The notes below the pieces were generated by a model. It was given only the letters and a program-made list of their open reading frames with translations. It was not told the origin of the DNA and ran no database searches. Source: Actinomycetes bacterium (GTDB lineage: Bacteria; Actinomycetota; Actinomycetes; JAKEEW01). Taken from it: a stretch of 46,528 bases of DNA. Position numbers and translations under genes: made by a program. This document shows positions 33,251 through 42,223 of this stretch, in pieces; position 1 is the first letter of the stretch; every line of letters begins with the position of its first letter. The stretch lies in the NCBI GenBank assembly GCA_036001885.1, contig DASYTV010000008.1:1-46528 (forward strand). The letters are read 5' to 3'.

Positions 33251-34327
33251 ATGGCCGTGGAACGGACCGCATTGGTCGTGGGGGCGACCGGCATCGCGGG
33301 ATACAACACCTCCCGCGCGCTCGCCCGAGCAGGGTGGAACACCGTCGGTCTGTCGCGATCACACCGCTACGAGGTGCCGCAGGTGCGGCACGTGCACGCG
33401 GACGTGCTCGACCCGGAATCCCTGGCGCGAGCACTCGCCGGCATCGACATCACGCACCTGGTGTTCACGACGTGGTCGCGGCAGCAGACCGAGGCCGAGA
33501 ACTGCCGCGTGAACGGGGCGATGCTGTCGAACGTCCTCACCGTCCTGGGACAGACGACGAGGCTGACCCACGCGGCACTGGTGACCGGCCTGAAGCATTA
33601 CCTGGGGCCGTTCGAGGCCTACGCCTCGACGCCCGCGGAGACGCCTTTCCGGGAATCGCAGGATCGGCTGCCGCACCAGAACTTCTACTACGACCAGGAG
33701 GACATTCTCTTCGCCGAGGCCGACCGCCAGGGCTTCACCTGGTCGGTGCACCGGCCGCACACGCTGATCGGCTATGCGCTGGGCAACGTCATGAACATGG
33801 GCGTGACGCTTGCGGTGTACGGCTCGATCTGCCGTGCCACGGGCGAGCCCTTCGTGTTCCCGGGCAGCCCCCAGCAACTCAACGGCGTGACCGACCTTAC
33901 CGACGCCAGGCTGCTCGGCCGGCACGTCCTGTGGTCGTCGACCGAGGAGCGCGCGCAAAACCAGGCGTTCAACACCGTCAACGGCGAAGTGTTCCGGTGG
34001 CGCCAACTGTGGCCCGAGGTCGCTGCGGGGCTCGGCATCGAAGCGGCGAAGTATCCCGGCTCGCCGACGCCCCTCGAAGGCAGGATGGACCACGCCGACG
34101 AGGTGTGGGCCCGGCTCGTGGATCAGCACGATCTCATGCCCTACAAGGCCTCCGAGCTGGCGTCCTGGTGGCACACCGACGCCGACCTCGGCCGCGAGGT
34201 GGAGACGTTCGCCGCCATGACCAAGAGCCGCGAGATGGGATTCCTCGACCACCAGAGCACCGTCGCGTCGTTCCTCGATCTGTTCGCGCAGCTGCGCGAG
34301 GCGAGAGTCATCCCGTCGCGTGCCTAG
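33251..34327 (+). CDS. NAD-dependent epimerase/dehydratase-type (extended/atypical SDR, 5-beta-reductase-like) protein
   Basis: 'ALVVGATGIAGYN' (GxxGxxG) and 'HYLGPFEAY'. The RBS AAAGGAG precedes the ATG. Length is 358 aa. Confidence 0.75.
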   Translation: MAVERTALVVGATGIAGYNTSRALARAGWNTVGLSRSHRYEVPQVRHVHADVLDPESLARALAGIDITHLVFTTWSRQQTEAENCRVNGAMLSNVLTVLGQTTRLTHAALVTGLKHYLGPFEAYASTPAETPFRESQDRLPHQNFYYDQEDILFAEADRQGFTWSVHRPHTLIGYALGNVMNMGVTLAVYGSICRATGEPFVFPGSPQQLNGVTDLTDARLLGRHVLWSSTEERAQNQAFNTVNGEVFRWRQLWPEVAAGLGIEAAKYPGSPTPLEGRMDHADEVWARLVDQHDLMPYKASELASWWHTDADLGREVETFAAMTKSREMGFLDHQSTVASFLDLFAQLREARVIPSRA

Positions 34328-34336
34328 GCCGGATGC

Positions 34337-35554
34337 TCAGAGCGGTTCCGGGTCTGCCTCGAGCTCGTCGCGCACCCACTCCAATTCTCGCGTGACGTAC
34401 TCGGTGATGTCGCCGGTCTTGAGGTGCGCCGGCAGGACGTCCCAGGTGTAGGTCTCGATCTCGAGCTGGTCGGACAACGGAGTCTCGACATGCACGCGCA
34501 GCGCATCCTCGATCGCGAAGCGCGTCGTGCGGAAGGCCCCTAGATCGTCCAGGAAAACCGGCACGTGAAAATGCGTGCGCCATTCCCGCGATCCGCCCGG
34601 AGCTTGTTTCCACGCATCGATGGCATCGCCCAGATTGAGAAATCGCGTGAGTTCGCCGTCGCGCAGCTCGGTCGTCTGGCTCACATAGATGGTGTCCGTG
34701 AAGCGTTCCAGCTCGTGAACCGTCTCCGGCGTCACCTCCGGGACCCACAGCGCCGACGCCTCCTGCAATTTGAAGATCGGGATGCCGGCAGCCACCAGCA
34801 ACGCCAGTGAAGCGGGAATGTCCTCGAATTCCACGGCCAGATGGCAGATGTCGAATACCACGCCGAGGTGCCGCCGGATCAGGCCGTGCACCTGCGAGAC
34901 CGGCAGCCCGGTCAGCGAAGCCAGCCGGGCGGTGCCCTCGGCCGAATACACGCGTTCCTCGAAATACCGCACGGTTTCCCGGGTGGTTTCGAGGAAGCAG
35001 TGTGGCTCGGGCTCCAGTCCGAGCTTGACCCGCCGCCCGGTGCGCCGCTCCAGCTCGACGAGGTGAGCGACCACGCGGAACAGGTTCTGGGTGAAGGCAG
35101 CGACGTACTCGGGCCCCGAAACCTTCGGTTTGTATGCCAGCGGGGCCGTCTGGATCGCCGGCTCCACCCCGTCAGCGGCGATGTCGGCGAGGACGTCCGC
35201 AACGTCCGTCGTGTAGCCGGTCCGCGAGTCGGTCGACCAGTCCGGTTCGTAGACCTCCTCCATCACACGACGACCCTTGAACGGTCCCTGCGGGAACGCG
35301 TTGACGGTGTAGACGTAGAGGTCGTTTGTCGCCAGGAACTCCTTGAGCCTTGCTCGCTCGACCGGATCGCCGGCGAGGGTGGCAGCCGAGGCGCCGGACA
35401 GGCGCAGGGAGACGCCGAATGGCGCGTCCGGCGAGACGTTCGCCTTCACGGCCGGTGCGTATGTGGTGAGGCTCTCCCACATTTCCGGCCAGGTGTCTCC
35501 GGGATGGACGAGCGTGCTGTAGGTCAGGTGGCCGAGCCCGTCACCTAGCTGCAT
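34337..35554 (-). CDS. xylose-isomerase-like TIM-barrel protein, EboE-like
   Basis: From the ATG at 35554 (RBS GGGAGAAG): 'GHLTYSTLVHPGDTWPEMWESL..VSPDAPFGVSLRLSGASAATL' and 'VYEPDWSTDSRTGYT'. These match my recollection of the EboE family N-terminal pattern (HLTYCTNIHPGExW..PFGIGLRLS..YxPDW). Length is 405 aa. Confidence 0.6.
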   Translation of the reverse strand: MQLGDGLGHLTYSTLVHPGDTWPEMWESLTTYAPAVKANVSPDAPFGVSLRLSGASAATLAGDPVERARLKEFLATNDLYVYTVNAFPQGPFKGRRVMEEVYEPDWSTDSRTGYTTDVADVLADIAADGVEPAIQTAPLAYKPKVSGPEYVAAFTQNLFRVVAHLVELERRTGRRVKLGLEPEPHCFLETTRETVRYFEERVYSAEGTARLASLTGLPVSQVHGLIRRHLGVVFDICHLAVEFEDIPASLALLVAAGIPIFKLQEASALWVPEVTPETVHELERFTDTIYVSQTTELRDGELTRFLNLGDAIDAWKQAPGGSREWRTHFHVPVFLDDLGAFRTTRFAIEDALRVHVETPLSDQLEIETYTWDVLPAHLKTGDITEYVTRELEWVRDELEADPEPL

Positions 35555-35666
35555 GGGACTTCTCCCGCCTCGCCGCCCTCCGCCCGGGCGGCCGGCGTGG
35601 GTGTTCTGTGACAAACGCACACTCAAACACCGGGTCGTCTGCCGGTCAAGGTCCGAGGGACCGGAT

Positions 35667-36737
35667 TCACGACGACAAGGCGGACGTTCCCTCGGCCAGA
35701 ACGCGCACCCCGAGCTCTGCCAGTGCCGGGGCGGCACCACTCATGTCCACCTGCGTGGCGGTGCCGAGTTGCCGGCCCGAAATCGTGCGGAAATGGATGG
35801 ACTCAACGATGACCGCGAGCTTGAAGCAGGCTAGGCCGACGCAGGTGTCCAGATTGGCGAGGTCGCGGCCGCTGCTGCGTGCGTAGCCGTCGATGATCTG
35901 GTCCCGTTCCCAGAACCCGGGGCCGTCGGTGACGCCGATGGCGACCGGCACCTGCCGGCGCAGGTTCTCACCCTGCCTCGACCAGTACACGAGCATCACC
36001 GCGAGGTCGGCGACGGGGTCGCCGAGGGTGGACATCTCCCAATCCACCAGGGCACGGACCTGCGGGGCGTGCTCGGCGAGGATCGCATTGTCGAGCCGGT
36101 AGTCGCCGTGCACGATCGACCAGGGCAAGGAGTCGGGCAGCGCCTCGATGCGTCGGGCGAGCGCGCTGGCGAGCGCGTCGAGTGCCGGGAGGTCGCGCGT
36201 GCGGCTGTGCTGCCACTGCTGTGACCAGCGCACCACCTGACGGCCGAGGTAGCCGTCGGGCCGGCCCAGCTTTTCCAGCCCGGCCGCTTTCGCGTCCACG
36301 GCGTGCAGCGCCACCAGCGTGTCCACTAGTGACCCGCAGATGGCCCAGGCGTCAGCCGGGTCCAGGCTCGCCGCCGCCGCGGCGTCGCCCACGACGCGGC
36401 CCTCGACATAGTCCATGAGCAGGAACGTCACGCCGGTGACGCTCTCGTCTGTGCAGAGCAGCACCGGCCGGGGGACCGGGAACCCTACCGAGGCGAGACC
36501 GGAAAGCACTCGATACTCGCGGCTCATGTCATGGGCGCTGGGCATGACATGGCCGAGGGGCGGCCGACGGAGCACCCACTTCTCGTCCCCCTGTTGGAGG
36601 ACATAGCTGAGATTGGAGTGACCTCCGGTCAGCAGCGCCGCGGACAGCGGGCGGTCGCTGTCCAGCACGCCGGCCGACGCCAGGTGGCCGCGGAGCCGCT
36701 CGAGGTCCAGGCCGGGTACGCCGGTTGGGATTGTCAC
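35667..36737 (-). CDS. phosphotransferase-family protein (APH/choline-kinase fold)
   Basis: 'LTGGHSNLSYVL..WVLRRPP', catalytic 'IVHGDYRLDNAIL', and 'LVDWEMSTLGDPVADL'. The GTG start at 36737 overlaps the synthetase stop (GTGA). Confidence 0.8.
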   Translation of the reverse strand: MTIPTGVPGLDLERLRGHLASAGVLDSDRPLSAALLTGGHSNLSYVLQQGDEKWVLRRPPLGHVMPSAHDMSREYRVLSGLASVGFPVPRPVLLCTDESVTGVTFLLMDYVEGRVVGDAAAAASLDPADAWAICGSLVDTLVALHAVDAKAAGLEKLGRPDGYLGRQVVRWSQQWQHSRTRDLPALDALASALARRIEALPDSLPWSIVHGDYRLDNAILAEHAPQVRALVDWEMSTLGDPVADLAVMLVYWSRQGENLRRQVPVAIGVTDGPGFWERDQIIDGYARSSGRDLANLDTCVGLACFKLAVIVESIHFRTISGRQLGTATQVDMSGAAPALAELGVRVLAEGTSALSS

Positions 36738-38317
36738 CGGGGCCGCCTTGCGGCCTCGCGTAGGACGTTCTTCTGGATCTTGCCGGTCGAGGTCTTGGGG
36801 AGATCTCCGAACACGATCTCCTTCGGTGCCTTGAAGCGGGCCAGCCGGGACTTGACGTGCGCCACGAGGTCGTCCGGCTGCACTGCGGCGCCGGGCGCCA
36901 GCGTGACGAACGCGACCGGAACCTCGCCCCACTTATCGTCAGGGCGCCCCACGACGGCGGCATCGACGACGCCGGGCACGCTCATCAGGACGTTCTCGAC
37001 CTCGACCGACGAGACGTTCTCCCCACCCGTGATGATGATGTCCTTCGCCCGGTCGTGGATCTGCATGTAACCGTCGGGATGCCGGACGGCGAGGTCGCCG
37101 GTGAGCAGCCAGCCGTCTTCGATCGCTGCGGCGGTCGCCGCTTCGTCGTCGAGGTAGCCCGCCATTACGGTGTTGGACCGCACGGCCAGCTCGCCAACGG
37201 ACCTGCCGTCCGACGGCACGTCGGCCAGCTTGGCGTCGACGACCCGCACGTCACGCACCGTCAGGGTCCGCACCCCCTGACGGGCCATCGCGGCAGCGAG
37301 CGCTTCGTCGTCCATCTCGCTCCACGAGTCCTGCGGCTCGCACACCAGGGACGGCCCGTAGGTCTCGGTGAGTCCGTACAGGTGGGTGAGCTCGATGCCC
37401 ATCGCCCGCACGCGGGAGATCGTCGACGGGGAAGGCGGGGCGCCGCCGGTCGCGACCCGCACAGGGTGGGAAAGCACGGCGGTGCGCGCGGCGGGATCGT
37501 TGACGATCGCGTTGAGCACCACCGGCGCCGCGCAGAAGTGCGTCACGGCCTGCTCGGCCAGGGCTTTCAGCACCGCCTGCGGCTCCGGGCGCAGCAGGCC
37601 GACGTGCCGCGCGCCGACTGCCGTGACGGCCCAGGTGTAGCACCATCCGTTGCAGTGGAACATGGGCAGCGTCCAGAGGTAGACCGAGTGTGCGGTGAGG
37701 CCGAAGCTGATCGCTGAGCCCAGGGCATTCAGGTAGGCGCCGCGGTGGGTGTAGACGACACCCTTCGGCTTGCCGGTCGTCCCGCTCGTGTAGTTCACCG
37801 CGATGGGCGCCTGCTCAGCGTGGGGATCGGCCAGGCCGGGCCCGGCCGGAGCTGCGTTCAGCCAACGCTCATACGCGGTGGCCCCGCGCAGGGTCAGGTC
37901 GCGGTCGGTGATCTCCACCACCAGCTGCAGCGCGGGCTGGTCGGCCAGCGCTGAGCGGACCGCGTTGGCGAGCAGACGGTGAACGACGAGGACGCGCGCC
38001 TTGGAGTGGCGAAGCATGTAGGCGTACTCGTCCGGGCCGAGCCGCGTGTTCAAGGCGACCAGCACAGCACCCGCACCCGGCACGCCGTAGTGGGCGGCGA
38101 GCAGTTGCAAGGAGTTCGGCGCGAGCACGGCCACCCGGTCGCCGCTGCCGACACCCGAGCCGCGCAGCGCGTCCGCCAACCGCGCCGCGTGCGCATGTAG
38201 TTCGCGGTAGGTGACGGAGTTGCCGCTCTCCTCGACCAGGCCCACCCGGTCTGGGAAGACGTCCGCGGTGCGGCGCAGGAAATTCAGGGGAGTCAGCGGA
38301 ACGTCGTCGGCGCGCAT
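36734..38317 (-). CDS. AMP-dependent acyl-CoA synthetase/ligase
   Basis: The start is the ATG at 38317 (MRADDVPLTPLNFL..). AMP-binding motif 'NYTSGTTGKPKGVVYTHRG', 'YGLTET' and 'GWLLTGD'. Length is 527 aa; the rest of the 831-aa ORF is a spurious upstream extension. Confidence 0.9.
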   Translation of the reverse strand: MRADDVPLTPLNFLRRTADVFPDRVGLVEESGNSVTYRELHAHAARLADALRGSGVGSGDRVAVLAPNSLQLLAAHYGVPGAGAVLVALNTRLGPDEYAYMLRHSKARVLVVHRLLANAVRSALADQPALQLVVEITDRDLTLRGATAYERWLNAAPAGPGLADPHAEQAPIAVNYTSGTTGKPKGVVYTHRGAYLNALGSAISFGLTAHSVYLWTLPMFHCNGWCYTWAVTAVGARHVGLLRPEPQAVLKALAEQAVTHFCAAPVVLNAIVNDPAARTAVLSHPVRVATGGAPPSPSTISRVRAMGIELTHLYGLTETYGPSLVCEPQDSWSEMDDEALAAAMARQGVRTLTVRDVRVVDAKLADVPSDGRSVGELAVRSNTVMAGYLDDEAATAAAIEDGWLLTGDLAVRHPDGYMQIHDRAKDIIITGGENVSSVEVENVLMSVPGVVDAAVVGRPDDKWGEVPVAFVTLAPGAAVQPDDLVAHVKSRLARFKAPKEIVFGDLPKTSTGKIQKNVLREAARRPR

Positions 38318-38319
38318 CC

Positions 38320-39489
38320 TCACGGTCCTCCCGGCGGCGTGCCCGCACGAGCGCGTGCGACCACGCGCCGCGCGATCGACTGGCGATGCACCTCTGACGG
38401 CCCGTCGTACACCCGGAACGGGCGCACCTCGCGGTAGAGCTGGGACACCACCGCGTCGTCCGACACACCTAGCGCACCGCAGAGCTGGACGCAGCGGTCG
38501 ACGACGCGGAACACGGCCTCGGCGACGAAGACTTTCGCGATCGAGGTCTCGTGCCGCCCGGGTGCGCCGGAGTCGAGGACCTCGGCAGCATCGCGGATCA
38601 GCGCCCGGGACGAGGCGATGTCGATCTCGTTGTCGGCGATCATCTGCTGGGCCATCCCGAGGTCGGCCAGCACAGCTCCCCACATGGGCCGGTCGGCGGC
38701 GTAGCGAACAGCCGTCTCGTGTGCCCGTCTCGCGGCGCCGAGCCAGCGCATGCAATGCGTCAGTCGGGCCGGCGCCAAGCGCAGCTGGGCATAGGCGAAG
38801 CCCTCCCCGACGGCACCGAGGACGGCGTCGTCGCCGACCCGGCAGCCGTCGAAGAAGACCTCGCAATGCCCACCGGCGAAGACCGTGTCGAGCGCGCCGA
38901 TCCGCCGGCCGACGCGCAGGCCCGGGTTGTCGGCGGCGACGATGAACATCGTGGCGCCCGGCTCCGTGCGGGCCATCACGATAAGGAAGGCGGCACCGTC
39001 CGCGCCGCTGATGAACCACTTGTGACCGTCGATCACCCAGCCTCCGCTGACCCGCTCGGCACCGGTGGCCAGCTGCGACGGGTCGGACCCGGCACCCGGC
39101 GACTGTTCGGTCATCGCGAAGGCCGAGCGCACCTCGCCGCGGGCGAGCGGCTCGAGATAGCGCTCTCGCTGCCCCGGGCTCGCGATGCGTTGAAGCAGCA
39201 CGACGTTGCCCTCGTCCGGCGCGGCGCACAGCGTGGCCGCCGGTCCCAGCAGGCTGCGCCCGGCCTCCTCGAGCGCGACGGCCTGCTCGCGGTGGCTCAG
39301 CCCGAGGCCGCCGAGCGCCTCCGGCACGGTCGGCGCGAAGACCCCGGCCCGCCGGGCCGCCGCACGCAGCTGCTCGACCAGCGCCTCATCAGGGCCGTGC
39401 GGCGTGGTGCCGGGCGTCGGCTCGGCCGGCACGACCTCCTCGTCGACAAAGGCCCGGAACCGTTTCCTTAGGTCCTCGAGACCCGTCAT
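38320..39489 (-). CDS. acyl-CoA dehydrogenase family protein
   Basis: The start is the ATG at 39489 (MTGLEDLRKRF..). 'SAFAMTEQSPGAGSDPSQLAT', 'GHKWFISGA', and a C-terminal helical domain with 'YEGPSEVHRQSIAR'-type ending ('VYDGPSEVHRQSIARRV'). Confidence 0.9.
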   Translation of the reverse strand: MTGLEDLRKRFRAFVDEEVVPAEPTPGTTPHGPDEALVEQLRAAARRAGVFAPTVPEALGGLGLSHREQAVALEEAGRSLLGPAATLCAAPDEGNVVLLQRIASPGQRERYLEPLARGEVRSAFAMTEQSPGAGSDPSQLATGAERVSGGWVIDGHKWFISGADGAAFLIVMARTEPGATMFIVAADNPGLRVGRRIGALDTVFAGGHCEVFFDGCRVGDDAVLGAVGEGFAYAQLRLAPARLTHCMRWLGAARRAHETAVRYAADRPMWGAVLADLGMAQQMIADNEIDIASSRALIRDAAEVLDSGAPGRHETSIAKVFVAEAVFRVVDRCVQLCGALGVSDDAVVSQLYREVRPFRVYDGPSEVHRQSIARRVVARARAGTPPGGP

Positions 39490-39494
39490 CCGCG

Positions 39495-40409
39495 CTACCG
39501 CCCCAGGTGCTCGGCGAACCAGCTGCCCGCCTCGCGCGCTGCGGTCTCCAGCTTGTCGCGGTCGCTGTAGAGCGTCATGTGCGTGGTGTGCGGAAGTACG
39601 TGCAGTCGCTTCTTGGTCGTCGGCAGCGTGTTGTAGGCGCCGATCTCCAGGTCCCAGAGCGTCAGGTCGTCGCCCTCCGCGACGATCATGAGGGTCGGGG
39701 TGTCGTAGATGCGGCGTGCGAACGGGATGATGTCGTAGTTCAGCAACAGGTCCACGGACTCGACCGTGCTGCTGTTCTGGTAAAGCGGTGCCTCCTTTTC
39801 CTTCAGCGCCGCGAAGGTGTGGAAGGTCTCGGGGAAGGGCCACGTCGAGAGATCCTTGGCCGGCTCGGCAGTGGCGTGCGGAATGTGCAGGCGTTCGCCG
39901 TGCTTTCCGAACCGCAGCGCACGATCTTCGAGAATGCGCGACCACAGCGCCCGGTAGCCCAGGGTCCCGTGGACCCGCCGCATGTTCTCGTATCCGTCGA
40001 CCACTGGAATCTGGCTGACGATGACCTGGATCCTCGGGTCGATGGCCGCCAACACGACCACGTGGCCGCCCGAGTAGGAGATGCCCCAGGCGCCGAGACG
40101 GTCGGGGTCCACGTCGTGGCGGGTTTCGAGGAAGCTCAGCGCGTTCTGGTAGTCGCGGATCTGCATCCAGGGATCAAGGTGCTGGCGCGGCTCGCCGTCG
40201 GATAGTCCCAGGTTGCGGTAGTCGATGATCAGGGCCGCGATCCCTCGCGATGCGAATTCCTCCGCGTAATAGGGCATCACCAGCTCGCGCACATAGCACC
40301 AGCCCCCCGCAAGGACGACGGCCGCGTAGGGGCCCGGGCCTTCCGGTGTGTACAACCATCCCCGCACGGTCGTTCCCTCCGACCGGAAATCGATGTCCTC
40401 GCGTGCCAC
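39495..40409 (-). CDS. alpha/beta hydrolase (Ser nucleophile)
   Basis: The nucleophile elbow is 'AWGISYSGGHVV'. The GTG at 40409 is preceded by GGAGG. The track's TTG start at 40463 lies inside the operator palindrome. Confidence 0.75.
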   Translation of the reverse strand: MAREDIDFRSEGTTVRGWLYTPEGPGPYAAVVLAGGWCYVRELVMPYYAEEFASRGIAALIIDYRNLGLSDGEPRQHLDPWMQIRDYQNALSFLETRHDVDPDRLGAWGISYSGGHVVVLAAIDPRIQVIVSQIPVVDGYENMRRVHGTLGYRALWSRILEDRALRFGKHGERLHIPHATAEPAKDLSTWPFPETFHTFAALKEKEAPLYQNSSTVESVDLLLNYDIIPFARRIYDTPTLMIVAEGDDLTLWDLEIGAYNTLPTTKKRLHVLPHTTHMTLYSDRDKLETAAREAGSWFAEHLGR

Positions 40410-40457
40410 GGGGCCTCCTCGAGAGACTGTTCGACGCTCCAGGAACCGTAGGCAGCT

Positions 40458-40473
40458 TTGCAATCGGTTGCAA
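40458..40473. promoter_or_regulatory. LacI/GalR-type operator palindrome
   Basis: In TTGCAATCGGTTGCAA, the inner 14-mer TGCAATCGGTTGCA fits TGnAAnCGnTTnCA at every constrained position. It sits between the hydrolase operon start and the LacI remnant. Confidence 0.55.
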
Positions 40474-40504
40474 TAGTCTGCCGTCGCTGCTATCCCACTG
40501 CTAG

Positions 40505-40954
40505 ATGAAAGCTCGTCGGATGCCTCCTACGATGCGCGAACTGGCCGCGGATCTCGGGTTGGACGTGGCCCACGTCCCCCTGCGCTCGATCCCGCCAAGG
40601 CTCACCTGGTAGCGGCGCAAGGTGGAATTGCTCTTCGCGCGCTCCCGCGTCACCGCCGCATTCGCTCACAACGACGACCTGGCTCTCGGCGTACGCCAGT
40701 TTCCGAGGGAACGCGGTCTGGACTGCCCGGGCGACGTGGGAGTTTCCGGCTACAACGACACCTTTCTGGGCAGCCACATCACTCCAGCGCTGACCACCGT
40801 CCGCTGGCCGGTCGAAGAGGTCGGCCCGTGTGTCGCCGAGCTCGCTTTGTCGGCCGTCGCAGGTCAGCCGAATTCGGGGCCGGAATTGGTGTCCGTCGGT
40901 GCCCGAGCTCGTCGCGCGCGTCGACCGATTCACGGCAGACTTCCGGGGCAATAA
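40505..40954 (+). pseudogene. LacI-family regulator with internal deletion/frameshift (HTH piece + C-terminal piece only)
   Basis: 40505: 'MKARRMPPTMRELAADLGLDVAHVP..' is a degenerate LacI HTH ending at a stop after 36 codons. 40622-40954: 'TAAFAHNDDLALGVRQFPRERGLDCPGDVGVSGYNDTFLGSHITPALTTVRWPVEEVG' is the last third of the LacI ligand domain. About 150 central residues are missing. Confidence 0.7.
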
Positions 40955-40963
40955 GGTGGCGCG

Positions 40964-41797
40964 ATGAATGAGCAAGAACTCACCCACGAGGTGACGGCAC
41001 GAATGGCAACGACCCCCGATGACCGCATTCGGTTCCTGATGGAGGCGCTGGTCCGGCACCTGCATTCTTTCGCATGCGAAGTGCGACTGACCGAAGCCGA
41101 GTGGCTGCAAGGGATTCGATTCCTTACCGAAACCGGGCAGATGTGCGACGCGACGCGACAAGAGTTCATTCTCCTGTCGGACACGCTGGGCTTGTCATCC
41201 CTAGTCGACATCATCAACCACGGCAATCAGAATCCAGAGGTGACCGCCACGACCGTTCTGGGCCCGTTCTATGTGCCGGATTCACCCCGGCGGGCATTCG
41301 GCGCGTCCATGGTCGAATACGAGGACGGAGGTCGGCCGGCGATTGTTGGCGGCACCGTCCGATCCGCCAGTGGCGTGCCGATCCCGGGCGCCGAGATCGA
41401 CGTCTGGCAGAACGCGGCGACCGGCTTCTACGCGGTTCAGGTACCTGACGAGCAGCCGGCCACGAACCTCCGCGGGATATACAGCACCGACCACAGGGGA
41501 AGGTATGAGATTCGGACGGTCCGCCCGGTGCCCTATCCGATCCCGGCCGACGGGCCGGTCGGCCGTAGCCTCGCGGTCACCGGGCGGCACCCATGGCGCG
41601 CGGCACACATTCACGCGATCGTCAGTGCCCCAGGTCACGTGACCCTGACAACGCACATCTTCGACAGCGCAAGCGACTACCTGGACAGCGACGCCGTTTT
41701 CGGCGTGAGCTCCGCGTTGGTGCGAGACTTCGTCCCCGACCCGACGGGGACTCTCGTCTGTGAGCACGACTTCGTGCTCGACGTGGCTGGAGGATAG
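40964..41797 (+). CDS. intradiol ring-cleavage dioxygenase (hydroxyquinol/catechol 1,2-dioxygenase type)
   Basis: N-terminal helical domain 'RIRFLMEALVRHLHSFACEVRLTEAEWLQGIRFL'. 'VLGPFY', 'DVWQNAATGFY', 'YEIRTVRPVPYPIPADGP' and 'HPWRAAHIHAIV' carry the Tyr/Tyr/His/His iron ligands. Confidence 0.9.
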   Translation: MNEQELTHEVTARMATTPDDRIRFLMEALVRHLHSFACEVRLTEAEWLQGIRFLTETGQMCDATRQEFILLSDTLGLSSLVDIINHGNQNPEVTATTVLGPFYVPDSPRRAFGASMVEYEDGGRPAIVGGTVRSASGVPIPGAEIDVWQNAATGFYAVQVPDEQPATNLRGIYSTDHRGRYEIRTVRPVPYPIPADGPVGRSLAVTGRHPWRAAHIHAIVSAPGHVTLTTHIFDSASDYLDSDAVFGVSSALVRDFVPDPTGTLVCEHDFVLDVAGG

Positions 41798-41819
41798 GGG
41801 TGTCTCGCGGCTGGTGAAC

Positions 41820-42222
41820 CGCAAGGTTCAGGGTTGGCTTCAGCCGCGCGGCACGCTGTCAGCGCACTCGCGAGATTCGGAGGCAAGCCATGAACCGCAT
41901 GACGCGTTGGACGATAGCGGGGCTCGCCACGGCGATCTCCGTCGGAGCAGGGGCCGGCATCGCCGCGGCACGTCGCGCGGACGCGACCAGTCGACGCGAC
42001 CAGCACCTTAAGCCGTTCCGCCGGGCGCTGGTGGAGACCGGTCTTATAGTCCCGATGATCACCACGAACCTGTTCTCCAGCCAGTCCTCCGCGACGGCGG
42101 GTTCACCAATAACGACCGTGACGTACGCCGGTTCGCGATCCGCAAGGTGTGCCGACAACCTGGATGTGGCCGCCTAGCTCGGGGGCTAACACGTTCGTCG
42201 CCTGGGGCTGGCGTGAGGGAGG
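41820..42222 (+). pseudogene. xylA: xylose isomerase remnant (about the first 140 codons, multiple frameshifts, one in-frame stop)
   Basis: Across three frames: 'HLKPFRRALVETGLIVPMITTNLFS', 'QPVLRDGGFTNNDRDVRRFAIRKV', 'DNLDVAA*LG', 'GANTFVAWGWREG'. These match actinobacterial XylA ('[69 protein letters not shown]'). The similarity stops exactly at the 42224 repeat. Confidence 0.75.
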
Positions 42223-42223
42223 C

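Noticed and set aside
36734-39229. An 831-aa ORF read as one giant protein. The same issue applies to the 509-aa (19246-20775), 541-aa (38320-39945), 467-aa (34337-35740) and 392-aa (30470-31648) maximal ORFs.
   Set aside because: Only the C-terminal portions match protein families. The N-terminal extensions are Arg-rich nonsense that overlaps the upstream gene in another frame. Internal ATG/GTG starts with an RBS or with stop-start overlap give family-typical lengths.
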